Assembly: GCA_963753435.1 (NCBI GenBank)
Contig: CAVWCF010000001.1
Location: 512,001-576,000 of the forward strand
Reading direction: 5' to 3'
DNA length: 64,000 bases
DNA from: an uncultured Actinomycetota bacterium
GTDB lineage: Bacteria; Actinomycetota; Actinomycetes; CAVWCF01
Positions 10,446-21,672 of the stretch are shown here, one piece after another. Each line of letters begins with the position of its first letter. Positions within the stretch are counted from its first letter, which is position 1. The notes under the pieces are model-generated. The model made no database searches. It was not told the DNA's origin and saw nothing but the letters and a program-made list of their open reading frames with translations. A program made the translations under genes and the position numbers.

Positions 10446-10844
10446 TCAGACCTTGACGGCCAGCACCGGGCACGGTGCGTCCAGCAGGATCTGCACCGCG
10501 TTGCTGCCCATGATCAGCTTGCCGACCGGAGACCGACGGCGTAGGCCGATAACGATCATGTCGGCCTCGGCCTGAGTTGCGATATCGATCAGGTCTTCGG
10601 CCGGCTCGTTGCCGCGAACCAGGTTTCGCACCTCGTAGGGCACCCCGGAGGCATCCAACTGCTTGCGCACGGCCGCAAGTTCGCCGCGCAACTCAGTGGC
10701 CGCCTCCGCGTCCAGGTTGGCACCGCCCTTGCTGGAAGTAACGACGATCAAGGGGACGTCGCGCAGCTTGACCTCTTCAATGGCCCGCCGCAGCGCGGCC
10801 TCGCCTTCTGCGGTCGCGACGTACCCCAACACCACTGCACCCAT
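10446..10844 (-). CDS. universal stress protein
   Basis: IVIGLRRRSPVGKLIMGSNA..ILLDAPCPVLAVK; GGAGG SD. Confidence 0.92.
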   Translation of the reverse strand: MGAVVLGYVATAEGEAALRRAIEEVKLRDVPLIVVTSSKGGANLDAEAATELRGELAAVRKQLDASGVPYEVRNLVRGNEPAEDLIDIATQAEADMIVIGLRRRSPVGKLIMGSNAVQILLDAPCPVLAVKV

Positions 10845-10956
10845 TCGGCCTCCTCCAGTTGCCGGGCTGACGCTAGCGGAACCCCTGCCCTGCGCGTGGC
10901 TAGTCCGGCAGCCAGTGCGAGGATGCCGCCGCAGCCGACGATGGAGGAATACGAAC

Positions 10957-11580
10957 GTGCGCGTTCTGGTGATGGGGGCGGCGGGACAGACCGGACGCCT
11001 GGCCGTGGACGAACTGGTGGCCCTGGGGCACGAGGTGCGCGGGATGGTTCGGTCAACTGAACAGTTCGACGCCGTCACCGCCGCCGGGGCGGCACCGGTT
11101 CAGGGGGACCTGATGGGCGACTACGCCGAAGCCCTGGCCGGGGTGGACGCGGTGGTGTTCTGTGCCGGGGCGCCGCTTGGTGGCGACCCCGAGGTCATCG
11201 ACCGGGACGCGTGCATCGCCGCCCAGGCCAGCGCGCAGGCAGCCGGCGTGAAGCGCTGGGTGCAGTTGTCCTCGCTGATGGCCGACCGACCGGAGCAGGG
11301 GCCGCCGTTCCTCCTGAAGTTCCTGCAGGCCAAGGGGGCGTCGGATGCGGCCCTAGCCGACTCCGAACTGGACTGGACTGTGGTCCGACCCGGTGGGCTG
11401 CAGGATGCGCCGACGACCGGGCTGGTGAGCGTTGGAACCGGGCTGCCTTCGGGTGGGTTGCCACGCGGTGATGTTGCTGCCGTCCTGGCTGCCACCGTGG
11501 CCGCGGACAACACCATCGGCAAGGCGTTCGACCTGATGGGCGGGCATACGCCGGTAGCTGAGGCAGTCGCCTCGATCTGA
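10957..11580 (+). CDS. NAD(P)H-binding SDR/epimerase-like oxidoreductase
   Basis: GAAGQTG Rossmann motif, LDWTVVRPGGL; GGAGG SD. Confidence 0.88.
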   Translation: MRVLVMGAAGQTGRLAVDELVALGHEVRGMVRSTEQFDAVTAAGAAPVQGDLMGDYAEALAGVDAVVFCAGAPLGGDPEVIDRDACIAAQASAQAAGVKRWVQLSSLMADRPEQGPPFLLKFLQAKGASDAALADSELDWTVVRPGGLQDAPTTGLVSVGTGLPSGGLPRGDVAAVLAATVAADNTIGKAFDLMGGHTPVAEAVASI

Positions 11581-11605
11581 GCGCAGTTTGCGGGCCTTGC
11601 GACGC

Positions 11606-12431
11606 CTAGTCCCGGCCGGAGACGAGTCGCGCCCGGGCTTCGCGCACCGGAACGGTGACGCTGCTCGACTGGGTCACCGGTCCCCCGGCGACCGGGTAGG
11701 GGCCGAAGCCGTCGACCGTGAACTCCCCCAACCAGCGCGTGGTGAGTTCGACCTGGCGTTGCCCCGTCTGCGTGAAGGTGTGACTGACCGAGTCGTCGGG
11801 CCAGGCTCCGCCTGGTTGTGCTGTCTGCAGCATCTCGCCATCGGCGAAGTCCCAGATGAAGTCGGCAGTCGCGGTCACCCGCACGTCGAACGGGCCCAGG
11901 GAGACATCGGCGGGACCGAACCGAGCCGGCTGACCGGCGGCGAACAGCGTGGCCACGTTCACAAGCCCACCGGCCGCCGGCTGGAAGCTGATCGCCTGCC
12001 GCGGCAGCAACTCCTCGAAGTCGTCCACCAGCAGCGCGGACAGTTGCGCAGGAGTACGCGGGGTCCCCGGGCCCAGGCAAACCGAACCGACGCGTTCGAA
12101 GGCAGTGTCTGTGGGCCGTAGCAGGCGGATCTCGAACCTGTTCTGGCCACGCGGGCAGGTGGCGACCGAGCCCAGACAGTTGGAGTCGATCGCGTCGCGG
12201 CAGTCCGGAAGTAGCTCCCAGACGCACCCAGGACAGTCCGACGCGGCCTTGCGCGCGCCAGCCTCGCCCCGGAACGTGGCCGCCGGAATCAACAGGTCAC
12301 CCCGGATCGAATCCGCGGTGTCATCGCCCGAGACATCGCAGCGGTATCTCAGCGCAGCGCATGAGCAGGTCGCAGGCCACCGGACGAAGGTCGCGAGGAC
12401 GACGGATCAGCGCCAGCAGAGTCCGTTTCAC
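11606..12431 (-). CDS. secreted Cys-containing protein with PKD-like C-terminus (5' part frameshifted)
   Basis: WDFADG...SHTFTQTG...TTRW.GEFTVDG; signal-like VKRTLLALI at 12431 is out of frame with the body. Confidence 0.6.
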
Positions 12432-12968
12432 AGTTCGTCGACGTCCGCGACACGCCAGTGACCTGAGACCTCGGCCGTGAGCAGAACGCATGAATCGAAT
12501 TTGGAGGCGGACCATCGAGTCCATGACTTCACCGTCGACACCGAGCACGCGGAGGCGGCTCTGCCATGAGCGAGCTGATTGCCGTCGCACGACTTCCGGA
12601 GTCGTCGGCGACTTCGATACTCGGTGATCGTCCACCGCGCCATCAGGAGTGGAGTCTCCCGCGCGTAGCGGCCTTCGATCGCTGTCGGCGAATGCGAGGC
12701 AAGTGCATTCGGGAGTGACCGCTTGGCGGAACCGCGTGGTGTCCCCGGTGCTCATCGCGACGTTCGCAGCAGCGACGTACTCGCGGACCGCGGCTTCCAC
12801 TGGGTCCGCTTCGGGGTCCGCATTCTCGGTTGCATCGACCCCGGACGCCGGCGAGCCCTCGGCGGGCGCGGGCAGCGGCACCTCTGAGTTCAGCGCCGCC
12901 GGCTGCGAACCAGCAGAGCAGGCGGCAACCGTCAACGGCAGCAGCACGGCCAGGGCGAGTCGCAACAC
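12428..12968 (-). pseudogene. DUF6318-like lipoprotein with several apparent frameshifts
   Basis: Lipobox VAAC, AVREYVAAANVAMSTGDT...ECTC; C-terminal WRVADVDEL lies in another frame. Confidence 0.55.
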
Positions 12969-13037
12969 GACCGCGGAAGGTACGTGGGCGCACGCCAGCC
13001 GAGAAACCAGCGGACCTGACCTGTGGAAAAGGTCCGC

Positions 13038-13829
13038 CTACCAGCGGCGGGCCCGCAACCCGCTCGGCGTCGAGGGGACTTGCAGCCCCATGCGCTTCAT
13101 GCCTTCCTCGATCGCCTTCACCGTGTGCTCCAACACGAATACCCGGCCGTAGCGCTTGCTCTCCGCCGGGACCACGAACCAAGGCGCCCGTTCGTGCTCG
13201 GTGCGATTGAGCATGTCCTCAACCGCCTCTTCGTACTCAATGCGGCGCTCGCGGTTGCGCCAGTCCTCGTCGGTCAGCTTCCACTGCTTCAGGGGGTCCT
13301 TGGCACGTCGGTGGAACCGCTTCAACTGCTCGTCCTCGGAAATGTGCATCCAGAACTTGATCAGGATCATGCCCTCGTCCACGAGGGTGGTCTCGAAGTC
13401 GACGATCTCGCCGAATGCGCGCTTCCACTGATCCCTGGTCGCGAAGCCTTCCACCCGCTCGACCAGCACCCGCCCGTACCAGGAACGGTCCATGATGCTC
13501 ATCCCGCCCCAGCCGGGTAGCGCCGCCCAGAACCGGGCCAGGAAGTGGTGGCGCTTCTCGTCGTAGGTGGGCGCTGCGAACTGTGCGACTCGCACGTGCC
13601 TGGGGTCCAGCGGGGCCACGATGCGGCGGATCGAGCCGCCCTTGCCGGACGCGTCCCAACCCTCGAACACGACACACACCGGCGGGCCGATCACCTCGCC
13701 GGCCTTGGCCATCTGACCGCCCAGCACCAGACGCAGGAACAGCAGGCGCGTCTGGGCCGCGGCCAGTCGCTCGTCCTCCTCCTCGCGGGACAGCGACAGT
13801 GACAGGTCTACCTCGCTCAACCGACTCAT
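13038..13829 (-). CDS. ppk2: polyphosphate kinase 2 (PPK2) family protein
   Basis: FEGWDASGKGG Walker A, DRSWYGRVLVERVEG, WKLTDEDW. Confidence 0.92.
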   Translation of the reverse strand: MSRLSEVDLSLSLSREEEDERLAAAQTRLLFLRLVLGGQMAKAGEVIGPPVCVVFEGWDASGKGGSIRRIVAPLDPRHVRVAQFAAPTYDEKRHHFLARFWAALPGWGGMSIMDRSWYGRVLVERVEGFATRDQWKRAFGEIVDFETTLVDEGMILIKFWMHISEDEQLKRFHRRAKDPLKQWKLTDEDWRNRERRIEYEEAVEDMLNRTEHERAPWFVVPAESKRYGRVFVLEHTVKAIEEGMKRMGLQVPSTPSGLRARRW

Positions 13830-13879
13830 GGGCCCGAATGTTGCCGCATGCCACAACCGGGCGGTGACAGGATCACCGT

Positions 13880-14710
13880 ATGAGCACCGCGTTCGTCCTC
13901 GGCGGCGGCGGACACCTCGGCGCCCACGAGGTGGGCATGTTGCGCGCGCTGCTGGAACGCGGCATCACTCCCGACATCGTGATCGGCACCTCAGTTGGCG
14001 CCATCAACGGCGTGGTGGTGGCCGCCGAGCCGGACCTTCGAGCCGTGGACGAGTTGGCGGACCTGTGGGCCGGCATATCCGCCTCGGACATCTTCGGCGG
14101 CTCCATGTTCAACCGGATCCGCACGCTGGCGCAGTCCCGGACCCACGTTCACAGCAACACAGCGCTGCGCCGGATGCTCGCGGAGAAGCTGCCCGTGCAG
14201 AGGTTTGAGGACCTCGCAGTCCCGTTTCAGGCGGTAGCGGCCAGCATCGAGCGGGCCGCGCCCACCTACTTCACCTCCGGTCCGCTGATCCCCGCGATCC
14301 TGGCTTCCAGTGCGGTGCCCGGGCTGCTGCCGCCGGTCCAGATCGACGGCGAGCACTACATCGACGGTGGCATCGTCGATTCGATCCCGCTCGGTCGCGC
14401 CATCACGCTTGGCGCCAAGACCATCTTCGTGCTCCAGGTCGGCCGCATCGAAACACCGCTCACGGTGCCGAAGAAGCCGTGGGAAGTGGCGCTGGTGGCC
14501 TTCGAGATCTCCCGACGCCACCGCTTCGCCGGGGACCTGGAGGACGTGCCCGAAGACGTGAGCGTGCACGTGCTGCCGACCGGGGCCCCGACGCGATATG
14601 ACGACCCCGGTCAACTTCGTTACCGCTCGTTCGGGCGGACCGAGGCCCGGATCGCTCGCTCCCACGAAGCGGCGAGTGAGTACCTCGACCAGATCGGCTT
14701 GACCTCGTGA
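13880..14710 (+). CDS. patatin-like phospholipase
   Basis: GGGGHLG, GTSVG nucleophile elbow, DGG. Confidence 0.93.
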   Translation: MSTAFVLGGGGHLGAHEVGMLRALLERGITPDIVIGTSVGAINGVVVAAEPDLRAVDELADLWAGISASDIFGGSMFNRIRTLAQSRTHVHSNTALRRMLAEKLPVQRFEDLAVPFQAVAASIERAAPTYFTSGPLIPAILASSAVPGLLPPVQIDGEHYIDGGIVDSIPLGRAITLGAKTIFVLQVGRIETPLTVPKKPWEVALVAFEISRRHRFAGDLEDVPEDVSVHVLPTGAPTRYDDPGQLRYRSFGRTEARIARSHEAASEYLDQIGLTS

Positions 14711-15735
14711 ACCTGCCGGTGCCGCCGTACTGGGTTCGGCGCCTGGTGCTGGTCCCACTCGTGTTCGCCTTTGCGACGGTGGTGCTGTTCGGCATCCCGC
14801 TGACCCTGGCCGCCCTCCTGTTGTTGTCCTTCCTGGTCCCCGGCAAGTGGCGGCCCCTGCGTCTGGCCGGCTTCACCTTGGTCTACCTGGCGATGGAGTG
14901 GGCCGGGCTGATCGCAGCGTTCGTCCTGTGGGTGATGTCGGGCTTCGGCCTGTTCCTGAAGCGGCACTGGTTCCAGCAACGCCACTACGGGCTGCTGCGA
15001 ACGATGCTGGCGGGTCTGGTCTGGGTGGCCGAGCGGATGTTCCGACTGTCCATCGCCACCGAGGGAGACGAGCCCGAAGCAGCCGACGTCAGCGCCGACC
15101 GGCCGGCGCTGGTGCTGTCCCGCCACGCCGGACCCGGCGACTCGTTCCTGATCGTCGATCGCCTCCTGCGGGTGCGGCGGCGACAGCCCCGGATCGTCTT
15201 GAAGGCGACCCTGCAATTGGACCCGCTCATCGACGTCGTGCTCAATCGGCTGCCTTGCCGGTTCATCGACGCAGCCCCCGGCGCGGGGGCGCAAACCGTC
15301 CAGGCGATAGGTGAACTCGCCGCCGACATGCAGGCGCAAGACGCCCTGGTCATCTTCCCCGAAGGCGGCAACTTCACTCCCGGTCGCCGCGTCCGGGCCA
15401 TCGAAAGGTTGCGCGCGTCCGGTCGAGACGATGCTGCGGATCGGGCCGAACGGTTGCGGCACACCTTGCCGCCGCGGCCGGCCGGGGTCTTCGCGGCGCG
15501 AACTTCCGCACCCGATGCCGGCGTCGCGGTGGTGGCGCACACGGGACTGGACCGGATGAACACGCTTCGGGACATCTGGCGGGAACTGCCGCAGGAGAAG
15601 ACTCTGCTGGTGACCTGGCGGTGGTTCGCCGCCACGGACGTTCCGGAGGACCTACCGGGGCTTGCGGACTGGCTCAATGCAGTCTGGTCCGGCGTCGACG
15701 GCTGGATCGCGGCCAATCAGCCCCCAGCGGCGTGA
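14707..15735 (+). CDS. 1-acyl-sn-glycerol-3-phosphate acyltransferase family protein
   Basis: RHAGPGDS (HX4D), IFPEGG; 4-nt overlap with patatin. Confidence 0.88.
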   Translation: MNLPVPPYWVRRLVLVPLVFAFATVVLFGIPLTLAALLLLSFLVPGKWRPLRLAGFTLVYLAMEWAGLIAAFVLWVMSGFGLFLKRHWFQQRHYGLLRTMLAGLVWVAERMFRLSIATEGDEPEAADVSADRPALVLSRHAGPGDSFLIVDRLLRVRRRQPRIVLKATLQLDPLIDVVLNRLPCRFIDAAPGAGAQTVQAIGELAADMQAQDALVIFPEGGNFTPGRRVRAIERLRASGRDDAADRAERLRHTLPPRPAGVFAARTSAPDAGVAVVAHTGLDRMNTLRDIWRELPQEKTLLVTWRWFAATDVPEDLPGLADWLNAVWSGVDGWIAANQPPAA

Positions 15736-15736
15736 C

Positions 15737-16717
15737 TCAGGAGGCCGCCTGCGAAGCACCAGATCCCACGGCCGCAGCAGACCGACAGATGGCCGCGATC
15801 TCCGCCGGCGGCAGCCCGGCCGCCAGCCCGCAGTCGAGCAGTTGTGCCAGCCGATACTCCGGATCTGCGGACAACGCCAACTCCAGCAGTTGGGCCGCGC
15901 GGGCGCCGTCCCCGCGCAGCCAGGCCGGCAACGCGGTGAGGGTCAGCACGGGCGCCGCCGCCGACGTTGGGCACCCAGACACCAACCAGGCCAGCAACGG
16001 CTCAACGCCGGTGGGGTCCGCCGCAATCACACCCATCAACGCGTCGCGAACCCGAACATCACGAAGCGCGGTCAGGAGTTGGGCGCTGCGAAGAGCCGTC
16101 GGCATGGGGGCACCCGTCGCGCTCGCCGCGATGCCTTCCAGCCAGCGCTGCAGATGGACGGCCGTGACATCTGGTTGGCCTGCGGCGAGTTCGTCCAGAT
16201 GCTGCCGCACCTCGGCCTGCCGCTCGGCGTCCGCGGCCACGTCAGCGATGAGAGCGGCTCGGTCGCTGCGCGCGACGCGGCCAGCGGCCACCAATTGGGC
16301 CACCACCGGCAACTGGTCCGCATCCGGTAGTGCGTTGCCACTCGGCGGGCAGCACGCCGCCGACTCGCACAGCAGCGATCGCCATCGGCCATCCAGCACT
16401 GAAAGCACGTCCAACACCACCAACTGACCGCAGCGAATGCCGTCAGCGACGGCGGTCAACGCGGCGGTGGCCGTTGGGCCGTAGCCGACGAGGATCAACC
16501 CCTCGGCTCCGGCTCGTTGCAGGTGCGCGGTGAGCAACCGCGCCAGGGCATCCGGCTGCGTCCCGGCCTCGGCGTCCACCCGTAGATGCAGGACCGGTGA
16601 GTCCGCGGCCAGACCGCAGGCAACGAAACAGTCGGACGGATGAAAGCCGATCAGATACGGGATCGCGGCTATCAGTTCGGCGGGGTCACGCAGCTTGATG
16701 ATGTCGGTGTCGGGCAT
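15737..16717 (-). CDS. DUF4192 family protein
   Basis: LRDPAELIAAIPYLIGFHP, GRWRSLLC....CCP..G, WLRGDGARA, DPEYRLA. Confidence 0.88.
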   Translation of the reverse strand: MPDTDIIKLRDPAELIAAIPYLIGFHPSDCFVACGLAADSPVLHLRVDAEAGTQPDALARLLTAHLQRAGAEGLILVGYGPTATAALTAVADGIRCGQLVVLDVLSVLDGRWRSLLCESAACCPPSGNALPDADQLPVVAQLVAAGRVARSDRAALIADVAADAERQAEVRQHLDELAAGQPDVTAVHLQRWLEGIAASATGAPMPTALRSAQLLTALRDVRVRDALMGVIAADPTGVEPLLAWLVSGCPTSAAAPVLTLTALPAWLRGDGARAAQLLELALSADPEYRLAQLLDCGLAAGLPPAEIAAICRSAAAVGSGASQAAS

Positions 16718-16823
16718 GGGCGAACACTGGGTGCCCACACGGCCGCTCCAATCCAGGTAACCGCGGCTGTGGAATGGCATTGACCGCCATGGCCTGTGGA
16801 AGGAGGCCCAAGGCGGGGCCCGG

Positions 16824-19049
16824 CTAGCGGACCGCGGGGTCGACGGAGCCGAACCGGCGCAGTCGAAGGGAGTTGGCCACCACGCAAACGCTGGAGGCCG
16901 CCATCGCCGCAGCGGCGATCATCGGGTTGAGCAGCCCCGCCATCGCAACGGGGATCGCGACAACGTTGTAGATGAACGCCCAGAACAGGTTCTGCTTGAT
17001 TGTGCGCAGCGTGGCCCGGGACAAGCGAATCGCATCCACGGCCGCCAACAGGTCCTCGCGGACCAAGGTCAACGCCGAGGCCTCGATCGCGGCATCAGTG
17101 CCGGACCCCATGGACAGGCCCAGGTCGGCGGTGGCCAACGCAGCGGCATCGTTGACACCGTCCCCAACCATCGCGACCACATGCCCGTCGGCGGCCAGCC
17201 GCTTAACCACTTCCACCTTTTCCTCAGGGCTGACGGCGGAAAGCACGGCCGGAACACCGATCGTGGCGGCGACGGCGTTGGCGGTCTCGGCGTGATCACC
17301 GGTCACCAGCATCGGCGTCAAACCCAGTTCGCGTAGGCGACTCACCGCCGCCGCGCTGCTGGGTCGCACCTGGTCGGCCACGCCGAGGAGTCCGTACGCG
17401 TGACCGTCCACTGCAACAGCAACGACGATCTGGCCGTCGCCGCGATGGACTGCTCCCAGGACGTCGAGGTCTGCCGACAGGACCGCTCCGGAGGAGTTCT
17501 CCACCCACTCCGGTTGGCCGACCCAAACCGTGTGACCGTCGACCTCACCGCGGGCCCCACGGCCGGGCACGGCCGCAAAGTTCTCGACGGTGGGCAGCCG
17601 GTCGAAACGCGCGATGGCGGCGTCGGCTACGGCCCGGGCGATCGGGTGCTCGCTGGCGTCCTCAACCGCGCCGGCCCACCGGAGCAGGTCGACCTCGTCG
17701 ACGTCGGCGGCCGGCACTACCGAGACCAGGCTCATCCGCCCGGTCGTGACGGTGCCGGTCTTGTCCAGCACGATCGTGTCGGCGCGCCGAGTGTCCTCCA
17801 GCACCTCCGGGCCGCGGATCAGCACGCCCAGCTCTGCGCCACGACCGGTGCCGACGAGCAAGGCCGTCGGGGTGGCCAGTCCCAGCGCACAGGGACAAGC
17901 GATAACCAGCACCGCAACGGCTGCGGTGATGGCTTGCTCGGCCGTGCCGCCACCAATCACCCAACCGACGGCGGTGACCACCGACAGGACGATGACGATG
18001 GGAACGAACACAGCCGCGACACGGTCGGCCAACCGCTGCACCGGGGCCCGACCGGACTGTGCGTCCCGGACCAGCCGCCGAATCTGCGCCAGTCGGGTCT
18101 GTTCGCCAACCCCGGTGGCCTCCACCTCAAGCCGCCCGCCGACGTTGATGGTGGCGCCGACCACGACGTCGCCGACCCCGACCTCAGCTGGCATGGACTC
18201 ACCGGTGAGCATTGAGGAGTCCACGGCGGAGCGGCCGGTGAGGATCACCCCGTCGGCAGCGAATCGCTCCCCCGGGCGCACCAGGAACCGATCGCCGACG
18301 CGCAGGTCGCCCGCCGGCACCCGTACTTCGACCCCGTCACGCAGCAGGGACGCCTCATCCGGGGCCAGGTGCAGCAGCGCCCGCACCGCCGATCCCGATT
18401 CGTGCTTGGCGCGCGCTTCCAGCCACCGCCCCAGCAGCAGGAAGACCGTGATGGCGACCCCGACCTCCACGTACAGGTCCAAGCGCGGCCAGGCCGCAAC
18501 GGCAACAACGCTCCAGGCGAAGGACACGGTCACGCCAAGCGAGATCAGCGTGTCCATGGTGAGCAGGCCGTGCCGCGCGTTGGCCCAAGCGGCCCGGTGG
18601 AACGGCCAAGCCCCCCAAGTGACTACGGGTGTGGCCAGGGCCACCGTCACCCACTGGTACCCGTCGAAGCGCAGCGCGGGAACCATCGACAGCAACACCA
18701 CGGGAACGCCGAGAACCAGCGACCAACGCAGCCGTCGGCGCAGGTTCGCGACGACTCGGAGCTGCTCGTCCTCGACGGTGGAGGACTCCGCCTGACCGGG
18801 TTCGGGGGCGGCAGTTGCCCCGTAACCAACGGCCTCCACCGCTGCCACCAGGTCATCGACTGCAACGGCGTCGGGCACCTGCGCGGTCGCCTGCGCGGTG
18901 GCGTAGTTGACCGAAGCGGATACCCCGTCGAACTGGTTCAGTCGCCGCTCAATATTGGCAGCGCAACTGGCACAACTCATTCCGGTTACGTCAAGCCGCA
19001 CCGTCCTGGTGGACTGCTCAGGAGTGCTGGAGAGGTCCTGTGCACTCAT
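16824..19049 (-). CDS. heavy-metal (copper) translocating P1B-type ATPase
   Basis: [38 protein letters not shown]. Confidence 0.95.
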   Translation of the reverse strand: MSAQDLSSTPEQSTRTVRLDVTGMSCASCAANIERRLNQFDGVSASVNYATAQATAQVPDAVAVDDLVAAVEAVGYGATAAPEPGQAESSTVEDEQLRVVANLRRRLRWSLVLGVPVVLLSMVPALRFDGYQWVTVALATPVVTWGAWPFHRAAWANARHGLLTMDTLISLGVTVSFAWSVVAVAAWPRLDLYVEVGVAITVFLLLGRWLEARAKHESGSAVRALLHLAPDEASLLRDGVEVRVPAGDLRVGDRFLVRPGERFAADGVILTGRSAVDSSMLTGESMPAEVGVGDVVVGATINVGGRLEVEATGVGEQTRLAQIRRLVRDAQSGRAPVQRLADRVAAVFVPIVIVLSVVTAVGWVIGGGTAEQAITAAVAVLVIACPCALGLATPTALLVGTGRGAELGVLIRGPEVLEDTRRADTIVLDKTGTVTTGRMSLVSVVPAADVDEVDLLRWAGAVEDASEHPIARAVADAAIARFDRLPTVENFAAVPGRGARGEVDGHTVWVGQPEWVENSSGAVLSADLDVLGAVHRGDGQIVVAVAVDGHAYGLLGVADQVRPSSAAAVSRLRELGLTPMLVTGDHAETANAVAATIGVPAVLSAVSPEEKVEVVKRLAADGHVVAMVGDGVNDAAALATADLGLSMGSGTDAAIEASALTLVREDLLAAVDAIRLSRATLRTIKQNLFWAFIYNVVAIPVAMAGLLNPMIAAAAMAASSVCVVANSLRLRRFGSVDPAVR

Positions 19050-19105
19050 GTGCGCCTCCCATGCTCACTGAAGACCCATTGTGGCACTGCCCGGGTCCGA
19101 CACCC

Positions 19106-20071
19106 TCAGGCGATGCGGTCGACCGGGATCTGCCCGAAGCGACCCTTCTGGAAGTCCTCCAACGCGGTCAGCACCTCGGCCTTGGTGTTCATCACGAACG
19201 GCCCGTAGTGGGCGATCGGCTCGCGGATCGGCTGCCCACCCAGCAGGAGCACTTCCAGACCCGGCGACCGACTGTCGCCCCGGTCCGCGGCAACCAGCGT
19301 CATGTGCCCGCCAGCGCCGAACTGGACCAGTTGCCCTTCGCCGAACGGCGCCCGCTCCTCGCCAGCGAAGCCCTTGCCGGAGAGTGCGTAGGCAAGTGCG
19401 TTGAAACCCGGTTCCCAGGGGATCTCCAGGCGCGCCCCGGCCGGTACCGAAGCGTGCAGGTAGCTGATGGGTGTGTGCGTGCTACCCGGGCCCTCGTATC
19501 CGGCCAACGTGCCCGCGATCAAACGCAGGAGGCTGCCGCCGTCATCACTGGCCAAAAGCTTGACCGCGGACGCCTCAATGTCCTGGTAGCGGGGTGCGGT
19601 CATCTTGTCCGAGGCCGGGAGGTTCACCCACAACTGCACGCCGTGGAACAGGCCGCCGGATGCGACCAGCCACTCCGGCGGGGTCTCGATGTGCAAGATG
19701 CCTTCGCCGGCTGTCATCCACTGGGTGGCGCCATCGGCGATCAGCCCGCCGCCACCAGTGGAGTCCTGGTGCTGGAAGGCGCCGTCCACGATGTAGGTGA
19801 CCGTCTCGAAGCCGCGGTGCGGGTGCCACGGCGTGCCCTTCGGTTCACCGGGCCCGTACTCCACCGCGCCCATGTGGTCCAACAGCAGGAACGGGTCGGC
19901 TTCGTGTAGTCCCATGCGGCCGGGGAACGGTCGCCGGACCGGAAAGCCCTCACCTTCGAAAGTGGCCAGACCTTCGACGACACGAGCCACGGGGCGCGAT
20001 GTAGACGTTGCCTGGTCCGGGCGCGGGACCCGAGGCAGAACAAGCAGATCGGGGGCGGTTACTGCGGGCAT
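19106..20071 (-). CDS. pirin family protein
   Basis: DPFLLLDH, WHPHRGFETVTY, QWMTAG.GILH.E, GPFVMN. Confidence 0.95.
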   Translation of the reverse strand: MPAVTAPDLLVLPRVPRPDQATSTSRPVARVVEGLATFEGEGFPVRRPFPGRMGLHEADPFLLLDHMGAVEYGPGEPKGTPWHPHRGFETVTYIVDGAFQHQDSTGGGGLIADGATQWMTAGEGILHIETPPEWLVASGGLFHGVQLWVNLPASDKMTAPRYQDIEASAVKLLASDDGGSLLRLIAGTLAGYEGPGSTHTPISYLHASVPAGARLEIPWEPGFNALAYALSGKGFAGEERAPFGEGQLVQFGAGGHMTLVAADRGDSRSPGLEVLLLGGQPIREPIAHYGPFVMNTKAEVLTALEDFQKGRFGQIPVDRIA

Positions 20072-20206
20072 CGGGACCTCCTGGCTTCGGGAGAAGAGTA
20101 CTTCAATCCTCAACTATCTGCTACACGTGAATATTCCGACCACTGATCCGCACACGCGTCGGGGGGTGGTGTTCGAAGCGAAAAGGGGCAGGGGGATGAT
20201 CAGGCC

Positions 20207-20848
20207 ATGCGGCTGGACCACGTCTCCTATGCGACATCGTCGGAGCACCTCGCAGACACCGTTCAGCGAATCGGGGCTGCGCTGGGCGCAGCGTTCGTTG
20301 ACGGCGGATGTCACCCGGCGTTCGGCACACGCAACTTCGTTCTGCCGCTTGCCGGCAACACGTACCTGGAAGTCGTCTCCGCACTGGAGCACCCTGCCGC
20401 CGACCGCATGACGTTCGGCAAAGCGGTCAAGGCGCGCGCTGAGGCCGGCGGCGGCTGGCTCACCTGGGTGGTGGAGGTCGACGACATGGCCGCCGTGGAG
20501 GCGCGCGTTGGGCGCGCTTGCCTGGCCGGGCATCGGCGCCGTCCGGACGGGTTCGACCTGCGCTGGCGGCAACTGGGTCTGCTGGACGTCCTCGAGGACC
20601 CGTCACTGCCGTACTTCATCCAGTGGGATGTCCCCGAGGAGGAGCACCCGAGCCGCAGCGCACCCGCCACGGTTGCCGTGGAGTCCTGCGAACTCGCCGG
20701 CGACCAGGACAAGATCCGCCAATTCCTGGGCGGCCCGCTGGAGTCCCCCTTGCAGAGCAGCGCCATCGAGTGGGTCGACGGCGACGAGCCGGGCCTGGTC
20801 TCGGTTACGTTCCGCACCGCCTCCGGCGACATCGTCCGTATCGACTGA
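20207..20848 (+). CDS. VOC/glyoxalase-like family protein
   Basis: MRLDHV, GGCHPAFGTRN, YLEVV, LPYFIQW. Confidence 0.88.
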   Translation: MRLDHVSYATSSEHLADTVQRIGAALGAAFVDGGCHPAFGTRNFVLPLAGNTYLEVVSALEHPAADRMTFGKAVKARAEAGGGWLTWVVEVDDMAAVEARVGRACLAGHRRRPDGFDLRWRQLGLLDVLEDPSLPYFIQWDVPEEEHPSRSAPATVAVESCELAGDQDKIRQFLGGPLESPLQSSAIEWVDGDEPGLVSVTFRTASGDIVRID

Positions 20849-20898
20849 TCTGCGCGCCCATCGCGCGCCAACCCCTTCCTGCCGCCTAGCGTGCAGTC

Positions 20899-21672
20899 AT
20901 GATCACCGAGGCCGAGCAAGAAGTCCGGTTCCAGCGGCTGCGCCGCTACAACTTCGGTATGGGCCTACTGCACTTGGCTCAGGCGATCGCCGTGGTTGTG
21001 CTCGCCAACGAATTCACCCTTCCGGTCACGGCCGACTACCTGGCCGGCCCACCTGGCAGCGAGGCCCCGCCGCCGACGCTCCTGTTCGACTCACCCATCG
21101 GCTTCTGGGTGGCGGCCTTCCTCTTCCTGTCGGCGCTGGCCCACCTCGTGCTGGTGCTACCCGGCGTCTTCACCTGGTACGTCGACAACCTCAAGCGTGA
21201 GCGCAACTACGCCCGCTGGGTTGAGTACTCCGTTTCCAGTTCGATCATGATCGTCCTGATCGCGCAACTGACCGGCATTTCCGACATCACCGCCCTGTTG
21301 GCGATCTTCGCGGTGAACGCCACCATGATCGGATTCGGACTGCTCCAGGAGCACTACCACTCCCCCGGCGACGGGCACTGGCTGCCGTTCTGGCTCGGTT
21401 GCGTGGCCGGAACCGTCCCGTGGGTGGCGATCCTCATCTACGTGTTCGCGCCCGGCGCCGACACCGCAACAGCCATTCCCGGCTTCGTTGTGGTGATCTT
21501 CCTTTCGCTCTTCCTCCTCTTCAACACGTTCGCCGTGAACATGTACCTGCAGTACCGCCAGGTCGGCCGGTGGCGGGACTACCTCTTCGGCGAGTCCGTC
21601 TACGTGCTGTTGAGCCTCTTCGCCAAGTCGCTGCTGGCCTGGCAGATCTTCGGCAGCACTCTGGCCGGCTGA
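20899..21672 (+). CDS. heR: heliorhodopsin (HeR)
   Basis: LRRYN...[23 protein letters not shown] (counterion E), [14 protein letters not shown] (Schiff-base K), 7 TM. Confidence 0.95.
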   Translation: MITEAEQEVRFQRLRRYNFGMGLLHLAQAIAVVVLANEFTLPVTADYLAGPPGSEAPPPTLLFDSPIGFWVAAFLFLSALAHLVLVLPGVFTWYVDNLKRERNYARWVEYSVSSSIMIVLIAQLTGISDITALLAIFAVNATMIGFGLLQEHYHSPGDGHWLPFWLGCVAGTVPWVAILIYVFAPGADTATAIPGFVVVIFLSLFLLFNTFAVNMYLQYRQVGRWRDYLFGESVYVLLSLFAKSLLAWQIFGSTLAG

